DNA from: Trichoplax adhaerens
Lineage: Eukaryota > Animalia > Placozoa
Length of the DNA stretch: 64,000 bases
Assembly: GCF_000150275.1 (NCBI RefSeq)
Contig: NW_002060947.1
Coordinates: 2,035,740 to 2,099,739 of the forward strand
Direction of reading: 5' to 3'
Shown piece after piece: positions 26,394 through 37,323 of this stretch; position 1 is the stretch's first letter; each line of letters starts with the position of its first letter. The notes beneath the pieces were generated by a model. That model did not search any database. It saw nothing but the letters and a program-made list of their open reading frames with translations, and was not told the DNA's origin. Made by a program: the position numbers and the translations under genes.

Positions 26394-27830
26394 TCATTTA
26401 TGGAATAATGGCTGCACGGCTCGGATAAACGAAGTATTGAATACATCTTCAGAGAATCTTGCTGCAGCAGATTCTCGAGCTCTTAGCCTGAGATCCATTC
26501 GTTCTTTGGTGGACATTTCAAATATTTCTTTCATTGCCGTTGCATACTGTTCTTCGTTTTCTGCTAATAAACCTGTTGGCTGGCCTTGCCAGTCTTTTAC
26601 AATGTCCATTTTTGGACCACCACTATTATGAGCTAAAGTGACAGCTCCAGCTGCCATGCATTCAACTACACCGATACCGAAATGTTCATTCCACATTGTG
26701 TGCAATCCAATAGTTGCATTTGATAGACGTTCCTGTAACTTTTCAAATGATACGTTTAACTCAAATTTTACGTAATCAACAATTTTCAATTCATCGCACA
26801 ACACTTTTAATTTATTGACACGAGCTAAATCTTCATCATTCCGACAGCTCCCGATTAAAATTAATCCATAACGCTTCTTTTCTTCTTGGGATAAAGCTTG
26901 TAAAAATCTATGAAAGGATCTAATTTGCAACGGGTGATCTTTCTCAGGGCGAAATTGAGCTATAGATACAATCGTCAATTGTTGTTTATCATTGACTTCA
27001 GGAAATTCTGTAATTGGAAATTGTTGAAAAGTTTTTGTATCACATGGCGGATAAACTACAGAGGTTGACAAAGGCTTTTTCCATAGTGCTAGTATGTGAT
27101 TTTTTGTCCAGCTTGAATTGACCATAATTACATGCGCACTGCTACCAACTAAGCCATACAATAAGGCAAAGATGTAATAATATAATATTTTGATACTACT
27201 TAATAATTTACTGTTGGATATAAATGAGGCATTATTAAACCCAGGCCTTCTGCTACTGACCACACTTAACATGTCAACACTTATTGTTGGATAATGGACA
27301 TAACAGCCGATACTGCAGCACCCAATGTAGCGAAACAACGGTAAAGTAAAAGCATAGCCCATGCTATCGATATAGATATCGGGAACACAAAGACGTAAAG
27401 CTTCCCAGCCAAGTAATATAGAACCTAGCGATTGCCCTAATAATGTGAAAAACGGATAAGATGATGCTTCTACTAACTGTCGCTTTCGTAGAAACTTAAA
27501 CTCTACATCTCTTTTCAAGTTAATATTAAAACGTTGCTTGACTTTACGTAGAATATCTTGGGGTTTTGCATCGCAATCTCCGCTGTATACGACACAATGA
27601 GCGCCTGGATATACCTCCTGTATAGCCCGAATAGCGCACCACAATACACGTTCACCGCCACCTCCAGCATTACAGTAAGGATGAAAGAATCCAACGATTA
27701 CTTTGGCGTCAATATTATTCTTTAATTGATTTCTCTTCCTAGTTGCCCATCTACGAAGGTATAGTACTAGCATGAGTAGGACTGCCAACACAGCCAATAT
27801 TATGGTCCAACTCATTAATATCACGTCCAT
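26394..27830 (-). CDS. ALG11: GDP-Man:Man3GlcNAc2-PP-Dol alpha-1,2-mannosyltransferase (GT4), single coding exon, 478 aa
   Basis: N-terminal TM helix, then FFHPYCNAGGGGERVLW, YVHYPTIS, QFRPEKDH, HTMWNEHFGIGVVECMAAG and HNSGGPKMDIV. Confidence 0.97.
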   Translation of the reverse strand: MDVILMSWTIILAVLAVLLMLVLYLRRWATRKRNQLKNNIDAKVIVGFFHPYCNAGGGGERVLWCAIRAIQEVYPGAHCVVYSGDCDAKPQDILRKVKQRFNINLKRDVEFKFLRKRQLVEASSYPFFTLLGQSLGSILLGWEALRLCVPDIYIDSMGYAFTLPLFRYIGCCSIGCYVHYPTISVDMLSVVSSRRPGFNNASFISNSKLLSSIKILYYYIFALLYGLVGSSAHVIMVNSSWTKNHILALWKKPLSTSVVYPPCDTKTFQQFPITEFPEVNDKQQLTIVSIAQFRPEKDHPLQIRSFHRFLQALSQEEKKRYGLILIGSCRNDEDLARVNKLKVLCDELKIVDYVKFELNVSFEKLQERLSNATIGLHTMWNEHFGIGVVECMAAGAVTLAHNSGGPKMDIVKDWQGQPTGLLAENEEQYATAMKEIFEMSTKERMDLRLRARESAAARFSEDVFNTSFIRAVQPLFHK

Positions 27831-29742
27831 AGTAGCGAGTACAGTATTTGGAAATCTTCTTGCACAGTCGAATCTACTGTTTTACTAGTTTAGCTAACAA
27901 ATTAGGATTCAATCGATGCTATTCTATCAGTTCTACAACAGAGGACGAAAACAGGTTGACTTATTAATTCATTAATTATCTACGGTATATTCCACCTCTA
28001 TCGTCATAATGATGATGCAACGAGGCATCATCAACAGCAAGCAAAAGCTACCAACGATGGATGACGATTTGAAGGTCGTGAACTTAAAATCGATCTACAG
28101 TAAATTCTTTGTAGAGAAAATATAATTTCTTGACGTTAAGCAATCTCCAAATGTACAGAACAACCAAGAAAAGTGCTCCAAAAATGCAATTCTACCGCTT
28201 CAAAATGAGAGCGTGGACGCCTCCAAGTTCAAGTTTTAGAATGGGTACAATCGTAGCTTGGAGATGTTTTTTAATACGAGTACTGTATCTGCAGTTGTAT
28301 TCTTCAGGACGTTCAGTATAGACTGCACTACAGCACAATACTTGTACACACAAAGTAATCTGTGCAAAAATAATGTCACTAGAGCTACAGTGCGTTCTTG
28401 TTTGCTGGTTAATGCGATCATACTGACTGGATTTTTCCCCAAGAATACAGTGCAAACAAATTTCGAACGGAGTACTAACTACTGTATACTACAGTATACA
28501 GTACTGTACCGTTTTTCGAATTGGTTTTTGACAGATGCGCAGTACTGTACGGCACGAGTAGTTTACTATAGTTTATTACTATGGAGTCGATGATGGACTA
28601 CGTGAGTCGAAAGAGAGTGCTAGCAAAACGGTAGACGCCGATTATTTTACTGGTCATTTCAACTGTATCGCATGTCTGTCATGATGAACTATCGTATCGG
28701 CAATTGATATCTAAATTCAATCCGCTGCTAAGTTGATTTTCGGCTGCTGACTACCTTGTCCATGTTTACTCTATGCATATTTAAGAATATTTGATTATTG
28801 TTATTATCATCATTATTACTAGTAGCCTCCATAACTAGCCACATTACTGTAGAGTGTACAGTACAATGTACAGTACATTAAGGTCTACAACGGTACATTA
28901 TACTGTACCAGGTACACTACAGTACGCTACGGTCATGATGCTAAAGCGTCCAGCACTGTATAGTGTGCTGTATAGACACCTGAACGTCTCAGAACATTGC
29001 TGTTTGCGATATTCAAACCTCCAGAACATGATCTTACTGCAATACAACATTTGGAAATAAGTTTGGACACATCTTTCATACAGAAGTAAATAAGACCAGA
29101 CTTTCCGGGCGGCCTATACACACACGTCCAGCACTGTACAGTATAGTGTACTGTATAGACACCTGAACGTCTCAGAACATTGCTGTTTGCGATATTCAAA
29201 TCTCCAGAACATGATCTTACTGCATACCAAATTTGCAAAGAAAGTTTGGACCCATCTTTCATACAGAAGTAAATAAGACCAGACTTTCCGGGCGTCCAGA
29301 CTTTCCGGGCGCCCTGTACAGTGTACAGTACAGATTATACAGTACTGTACTGTACGATAAGGTGAAGCCGATAAGCTACGGTTCAAGAGTCCAATACGTT
29401 GTCGTGAGCACTCATGAATTTACAGTTGGTAGGGAGACCGATATCATGGCATGGCTTGGTAGTTTAGTTAATGGTGGTTATTATTCGATATCGTTGAAGA
29501 TAGGATGCGATAGTCTGTGTACATTAGCATGTACAATATAATCAGACCGATTCGTTAATATTAGCAAGAATTGTAAAGGAATAGATTGGAAAAAATCTTG
29601 AAAATATCTATTCTAAATTTCATATCTACAAGATAACGCCATCGATTACAATCGCGACGTCGTCAATCTGTTTTATATCAATCTTTTCACTTTAAAGTGT
29701 TAGATAGCATAATCAAGCACAATATAGTGATAGTCCACCAAG
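27831..29742. promoter_or_regulatory. Bidirectional promoter region ALG11/PAN3
   Basis: Divergent starts at 27830(-) and 29743(+). TACAGTA/CAGTACTG clusters at about 28470-28570, 28845-28930 and 29310-29355; locally more CpG than the flanks. Confidence 0.55.
28947..29311. repeat. Two-copy ~178-bp tandem duplication plus a triplicated 16-mer CCAGACTTTCCGGGCG
   Basis: 'cgtccagcactgta...agaccagactttccgggcg' at about 28947-29111 and 29125-29294. A third 16-mer copy lies at 29296-29311. Confidence 0.9.
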
Positions 29743-32700
29743 ATGAGTTACTCCAAAGGTAATCGATCCTCCAATCGACTGAACAAATCAATCATACCAT
29801 GCAAATATTTCTCTTCTGGAATGACATGTATGTATGGAGATCAGTGCCAATTTTATCACGATAAATCGCTACTTAAAAGCCAATCCAGTAAAGCATCCCC
29901 AACTGGTAAGTCATCAACAACTTTCAAGTGTATCGATTTCATGTGTATCTAACTACTAACAGTAAAATTCTAACTGAATGATGAAGTAAGGTGTAAGAGT
30001 ACACTTTGGAAGCTATGGATAGGTTTAATATGCGATCCTTTCTGACCTCTTTCATAATGTAAATCATATCTTGTGTATTACCAAGTAGCGTTTTCATCAG
30101 GCGGGGCTATACAGTGTACTGTATGTTATGTAGATATATATATATATACAGCATGGACTACTGTACTATCAATATGGCTTACTGTATATTTATTTTACTC
30201 TCCATTCTTTCCATGATTACTATTGACGCTATCGCTTCAATTAATATCATCCTATTACAAATATCCTCAAGCCAATGCACATTATTTTATCATCTATTAC
30301 TTTAGAGTAGAGTGTAGTTTTTTGGAATCTATTTTACCGTAATGCGTGCACAATTCTGTCAGTCAATAAAACTTTGCTTGGTATACAAGGTGTTGTCATT
30401 TTTTTTTTCTCACTGATACCTTTTTTTATCAGCCTGCATACAAGTATAAAGAGCCAATGTCGTCAATGAAATATATATTAATTATACAATGTTAAGCTTT
30501 CTTTTCATTCAGTCAATAGTAATAAATAAATTAAAAACATAGAGAGATAGTATATCCTCCCTCTTTCAGTTAAAACACTCGTTAGAAAGGTATTCTATTC
30601 CTATGGATACTATATGTACGGGTACACCACTCCTTAACCAATAGTATGCGATTGGTTACTTATTGCCGTTGTCCAAGTGTTGCACTTGATCCTAATTTTG
30701 GGGACTCTTTTTTCTTGTTTACGTTATCACCCCACACCACTTAACTTTAGTAAAGAGTTCTAGCTCGATACTGGACAGTACTACAGCTTTTTATTTTAGC
30801 GATCGAGTTTTGGCAACGGTTACTTTGTCCCTGATCTAAAAAACAACAGCTGTACCATTTCAATGGGAATAAACTATGAATCTAAACCTAGCACATTAAT
30901 GCGGCATACGTTAACGCTGGATGTATACAGGATTGCGTAAAACTTGACTAAAGGAATCTACTTCACGTCCGTATACATTTGCTATTGAACAGTGAGAATG
31001 GTCCTAATATCAATTTTGCCTACTGTACTAGCATGGTGCAATTTTGACCTAATTGGGATATTTCGCCAACTCTTTGAGCATAACTTACCATTTCTTGTAA
31101 ACAATTTTGACGTGCCTTCAAAAATAAATCTTTTCAGTGTTGCTATGTAAACACCCTTATTCAGTTACCTTCTACAGTAAAATACAGTACAATAATCTAT
31201 AATCACTGTTATCATAGTCACTGGGTCAGAATAACTTCGGTTACCGGTTTCTATCGTATTATGACTAATGACATTGTAAACTTAATAACTAATTATTATC
31301 ATAGTATATAATCACTAACTGTGTTAGGGTTTAGGACTAACGATATTGTAAACTGGAAAAGTGACATTTCAACTGAGTAATACTGAATATAAATAATGCC
31401 AATAAAGATTATTGCTGTACACACACTATGTACAATAGTAGCAAAATGGTTTGTTATTTCCTGCACTGGAATGACTGGATAGACCACTCAAATGTTACTC
31501 GATTGCTACACAGTCTACAACAATTTTAGTTATTTACTAGCTATGTACTGTATTGTACTGTACAAATACAAGATGGATGATAATATCTAAAGATAACTTT
31601 TCGGCATAATCATTATGGTACCTTCCATGTTGTACATTGAACCAGTAGTGCTAAAAATAGACTGTTAAATGAATTTTACAATCTAGTCCGCGGACAAGTG
31701 ATGTATGATCGTAGGCTACTGTACCATAGTATGAATTACTTATAAGAAATCCATCACATATTTACTAGTCCACGACCGTAGTCTATCCGTGAACAGTTAA
31801 CATAGCTAACATGACTGTGCTACTGTAAATCAACGGCATTATTCGCCAACATGACGAATGCAGCAATAGACCTGTAGATGCCTAATAATACTTAATCATA
31901 ACTAATGTAATGTATATTAAAAAAATCCATGCTTGTTAAACGAGCAGGTAATGGGCTTGCAAATTACAAAGTTGTACTATGTCGGCCTTTTGTTGATGTG
32001 CTTTGCTTTAAACACTTTGCACCTGATTGTATGTTTTCACTAAACTTATTGCTTCAAGTTGCACTTGGCAACTCTAGACATTTCCTACAGTAAACATGGA
32101 GCATATGATTTCACAGTTAGCTAGCTCCTGCATAGTGCCTGTGCCAATTTACAATTCAAAACATGACAACTTCAGCGTAAAAATTTCAATCTTTGCCCTT
32201 AACTTAAGAACATAGCGCCTAGACGACCATTTTTGCCGATAGGAAGTCACGGTTATCGTAGTGGCAAAATTTGAAAACCCATGCGTTAGAGATGCCCATA
32301 GGGATAGAAGATGAAATGCCAACTACTGTATGTACAGTACAGTGGAATATTAGCATAAAGACATTTTTCGCCGATAGGAGGTCATAATTAATCGTAGTGG
32401 CAAAATTTGAAAACCTACGCGATAGAAATGCCAATAGGGACAGAAGATGAAATGCCAACTACTGTACGTACAGTGGAACATTAGCTTACAGACCCTTTTC
32501 GCCGATAGTTAATCGTAGTGGTAAAACTTGAAGACCTACGCGATAGAAATGCCCATAGGGATAGCAGATGAAATGCCAACTACTGTACGTACAGTGGAAC
32601 ATTAGCTTACAGACCCTTTTCGCCGATAGTTAATCGTAGTGGTAAAACTTAAAGACCTACGCGATAGAAATGCCCATAGGGATAGAAGATGAAATGCCAA

Positions 32701-35700
32701 CCGCTATACTCCACAGTGGAACATTAGTTTACAGTACTATCGTATGTTGTAGGATAGGCCACAAGTCCACAGTACACTATACCCAGTAGGCAGACGTGCG
32801 CTAAAACAGAAGTCAAACTGTCCACTAATCATTGAGGAAAGCCAGTGATAATCGTATAAAATCTCTACTTGCATGCTAGATCATTTTAATTAATTTCTAG
32901 TGGCACGTTTATCAAGAATTTTGAATACGTTATAAGATACTCTCGCTCTGCTTGGGAAAAGAGTGTACAAATAGAAAAGTCGAGTGAAAATCGTCATCAT
33001 CTCTAGGTGCAAGCTAGACTACTTCGTATTTTACTCCTAGCTTGTGGCGCATTTATCAAGAACTTTGAATACGTTAAAATACCCTTGCTCTGGTTATGAA
33101 AAGAGTGTGCAAGTAGAAAAGTCGAGTAAAAATCGTCATCATCTCTAGGTGCAAGCTAGACCACTTCGTATTTTACTCCTAGCTTGTGGCGCATTTATCA
33201 AGAACTTGGAATACGTTAAAATACCCTTGCTCTGGTTGTGAAAAGAGTGTGCAAGTAGAAAAATAGAGTGAAAACCATAAAAATCTCTAGGTGCTAGCTA
33301 GACCATGCCTATTTACTTCTAACTTGTGGCGCGTTTATTAACAACTTTGAATACGTTAACATACCCTTGCTGTGGTTGGGAAAAGAGTGTGCAAGTTGAA
33401 GTACTGTAGACAATTTATTCATTGTATTTGGAAGATACAAATTGACTCCTAGACGTTCTACTGTCGATATACTATACTATATAACTGCCTATAATAAAAT
33501 AGGAATAAAACGAGATTTACAACGGGAAAAGATGAATCAGCGTACTGGTATGGATTCAATAATGACAATCAATTGCTTTATTATGGAAGAACACCATTAT
33601 ACTGTAGGGGCTATAATTGTAGCTTTGAAGAAGGCCTCTCTTTCAATGAAATAATGCAGTAGTTGGCCTAATATCTATTTGCCAATGATAGTAGTACCGT
33701 ATTTTAAATCACTAAGCCACTATTGCTAACCAATACTGACCAATCTTCTATCATCAACACGATTTGAAGGATGTTATTGAGACCTTTTGCTAACGTCAAT
33801 CATAGAATCTTTAATCTAATTTTTCTATCATTCAAATTTTAGGTAAAGAAACCCAAAATGCTTACCATAATCCACTCACGGTATAGATTATACACTCATA
33901 TACAGTAGGAAAGATGTCTTACAAATAATTAGCTTATATGACTAACCCTTTGTTATAGAGATATACATATAGATATTAGACAGTCATACCAAAAGAACTG
34001 TCTTACAATTACTACCATAACCGTTGTTGATACGAATAGAGACTAGCTGATACAGTAGTAATTAATTAATTTGCAATTGAATACACCAATCTGTCTTGAT
34101 ATTTAGTCACGGCGTAATGAAAACTCTGCTACTCAGAGTGGATATCATGGATTTCCGACTACCAATTTTACTAGCAATTCCACTGGCATTAGTCGTACGT
34201 AGAAGTAGTCTACCTTGCTTGTTGCTATCTTTCGTTTATTTCGTAGGACGCAAGTAGATAGAGATATTTCACAAGTGGTTCTTTACTGATTACATCAAGA
34301 CTATTTATTGTTTACTTACTTACGATCGCCATCGTCTGAATAAACTATAGCAACCGAAGAAGGATCGCCCCCACTAGTTGATCTGATGTCCTCCTTTAGC
34401 CTATCCAATGTACAATCACGAAATGTGTGTTTTTCCTACTTTCATAAATTTGTAAAAGCATGCTAGTTGTTACTTTATACCATTAATACATTGTCATGAT
34501 GAAATAGTAGTAAATATTTGCTGTTGTAAACTTACACTATTTACCTTATAGAACTATAATCCTAACGCCGAAGAATTTATCCCCGGTATAACCAACAATA
34601 AACCACCACGTCAAGATAACAGAAGTGGTTATAGCCAGGCTAATACTATGGCCTCGTCAAATTATAACAAGTTATCTCCTAGGCATAAGAATAATTCTGT
34701 ACCTGCTGGATTAAATCGATCGCACTCGACGCCCAGTCATCAAAGCTTAACAACAAATCCCAGTTATGATAATTTTCATAGGCAATTACCTCCTACAGAA
34801 AACTCTAAAAAACCGCCTGGAAAATCAAATCGCCGCCCTCAATTTACTAATAAAGTAGAAGGTCGTCAGGTATACCCGTACTTTTACTGATTCTATAGTA
34901 TAAACGTAAGATATATAACTGCTGAATATTATCTTAGTGAACCATATCTATCCTAGTTCTTTAGCAGGCAACAGATGGCGCCTCATTCTGGCCAAGAGGG
35001 CAATAAAAAACCAACCAAACATTACTTCATGAATCATAATTTTAAGCAAGAATTACTTGTTCAGAGATTATTGAGATTGGCAGAAGTCAATCCGGATGAG
35101 TTCGGTAAGATTACGTAATAAAATTTTGTAATAGCTACTTGTTTTTACAGTTCTTTGATAAACGTATAGAGAGAGTATTGATCAGTTTCATGATGTAAGG
35201 TATCCCGTCTTAAAGATATTAATAGCTGGCAATTCGTTATGAATCGAAATAAAACTGTCAAACGTTATCATTTTTAGGATTACCTCGCGAAGTCAAGCAC
35301 TATAATTCGTTGTATCCACTGGAAATGAATCAGCAAGATGGGATATCTTCCAATTTTGGATATAGAACTATTTGCTTCAAAGCTATTAATTCTCACAATG
35401 GTCAAACCTATCTACTGCGGCGTGTTATTGGTAGTGTATAACAACAATAATAATGACTTTACCATTCATGCATGGATTATTCGTTTATTGCTTACTTTTA
35501 AAATTATTTAACAATGTAGGCTTCCGCGCATCACAATCGACATCATTGGAAGTTATTAATAAATGGAAGAAAATTAAACATAGCGGAATCGTACAACTTC
35601 ATGAAGTATTTACCACCAAAGCTTTCGGAGATAATTGTAATTTGTAAATTTTACGTATTTAATTTGAATAGTAATTTCGATATCACCTGTTAATCTAATA

Positions 35701-37323
35701 TATTATTATCGTTGATTTAAAAATAATCACCCAGCACTGATTGCTATATACGATTACTATCCTGCAAATGAAACCATGCAATCGCATTATTTTGATACTA
35801 CAAAGCAATCATATACTATTGGTGAAGACGGTGTACTTAGAGCTGATGTAAATATGGCCCGAAATAACATTGAATTCCTTGATGAAAATATTATTTGGAA
35901 ATATGTAATCCAGTTAACTTCAGCATTACGACTAATCCATGTTGCTGGCTTAGCATGCCAAATTTTAAACGTTACTAAAGTTTTAGTTGCAAGTCGCTCC
36001 AGGTAAGAAAAAATCTCGACTGCTTTGAAAGTCTGTATTTTCTTATTATTTACATCATTCATACGCGTAATTCGACGCTTTCCTTTAACAAGTATTTTAC
36101 ATTCGCATCTTATTCTCTCTATTGATTTAGACTAAGAATTAATGGCGTAGGCATTTTAGACATTTTAGGGAACGACAGCCTAAACCGAAGTGCAATTGCT
36201 TCACGTCAGGTAAACAATAAAAATCTTATACACCATTAACTTTGCAATTCAATCACTACTGATTTTACGTATTGCAGATGACAGATTTAACATCACTCGG
36301 TCGACTCTTGTTAGCACTCGCTTGCCGCTCCCTGGCAGCATTAGACCCAGAAAATTATTCACAATCGTTAGACTTTGTGGCTAATAACTATTCTTCCGAT
36401 TTAAGAGATTTAATATTGTAATGATGACTTAAAAGCAACGATAATCTGTAGTCATTTTTCAGTGCTTAATTAAGTTAATTCCATCAATTGAGCGACTCTT
36501 TTCTATCTATTAGTGGTCTGTTGACTTGCCAACAGCATATGCCACAAGTTGTACACAAAATCAAGAGCGTTAACGACGTAATGCCTTTGATTGGGGCACG
36601 ATTTTATACCCATATTAATGACCTCTATTTTGAAAATGATATCTTGGAGGTTGAACTGGAGAATGTAATTACACGTATTTTTTCTTATTAATATTGATTT
36701 AGTTAATTTTAACTTGATGCATCATTGTGTATTAATCTAAATCCCATTACAGGAACTTGAGAATGATCGCTTAGTAAGACTTCTCCTCAAATTAGGAATT
36801 GTTAACGACAGGCCCGAGTAAGATACAGTATTACGCTTTAGTGAATTATTAATAGTGTCATATACTCGTCTATATAAGATGTATACTTCAATTTTTCCCT
36901 TGCTGAGTATACTACATTTAATATCATTTATATTGTGTTCACTTTTATTAGATTTTTTCTAGATGGCGATTGGTCGGAAACTGGAGATAGATATTTACTA
37001 AAACTGTTTAGAGATTATATATTCCATCAAGTTAAGCAAGATGGATCGCCTTGGATTGATATGGCTCATATGATTCAATGCTTGAACAAGGTGATTTTCA
37101 TCGGCACTAATTCCAGTATAAAGATTTCTTTATTGCTCACAATTGAAAATTATTCTTTCTACATTAATAGCTGGATGTTGGTAGCCAGGATCGAATATGT
37201 TTGTCATCGCGTGATGAAAAATCAGTCTTAGTGGTTAGTTATAAAGATCTTAGAGACTGTTTCGAAAGAACAATCAATGAAGTGTTTGTAGCTGCAGGTA
37301 TTAAGAACCCTGCTAGAGGATAA
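29743..37323 (+). CDS. PAN3: PAN2-PAN3 deadenylase subunit PAN3 (CCCH zinc finger, PAM2, pseudokinase, C-terminal knob), 15 exons
   Basis: Exons 29743-29905, 33843-33880, 34107-34194, 34351-34409 (or 34424), 34552-34869, 34957-35104, 35278-35430, 35520-35636, 35735-36002, 36131-36209, 36278-36417, 36514-36664, 36753-36817, 36952-37090, 37171-37323. Motifs: CKYFSSGMTCMYGDQCQFYH, PAM2 NPNAEEFIPG, HSGIVQLHEVFTTKAFGD, WSETGDRYLLKLFRDYIFHQV. Exons 2-4 and 6 rest on splice sites and phase only. Confidence 0.93.
32229..32735. repeat. Tandem array, 4 copies of 121-135 bp, in PAN3 intron 1
   Basis: 'gccgatag' at 32235, 32370, 32501 and 32622, each followed by 'atcgtagtgg...cccatagggatagaagatgaaatgccaac'-like sequence. 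Confidence 0.93.
32855..33400. repeat. Tandem array, ~4 copies of ~142 bp, in PAN3 intron 1
   Basis: 'aaaagagtgt.caa' at about 32957, 33098, 33241 and 33381. The unit contains 'ctctaggtgcaagctagac' and 'ttgaatacgtta'. Confidence 0.92.

Noticed and set aside
28130-29541. Several 60-110-aa ORFs on both strands between ALG11 and PAN3
   Set aside because: They are Y/C/T/V-rich products of TACAGT-type low complexity and the tandem duplication, with no recognisable domain.
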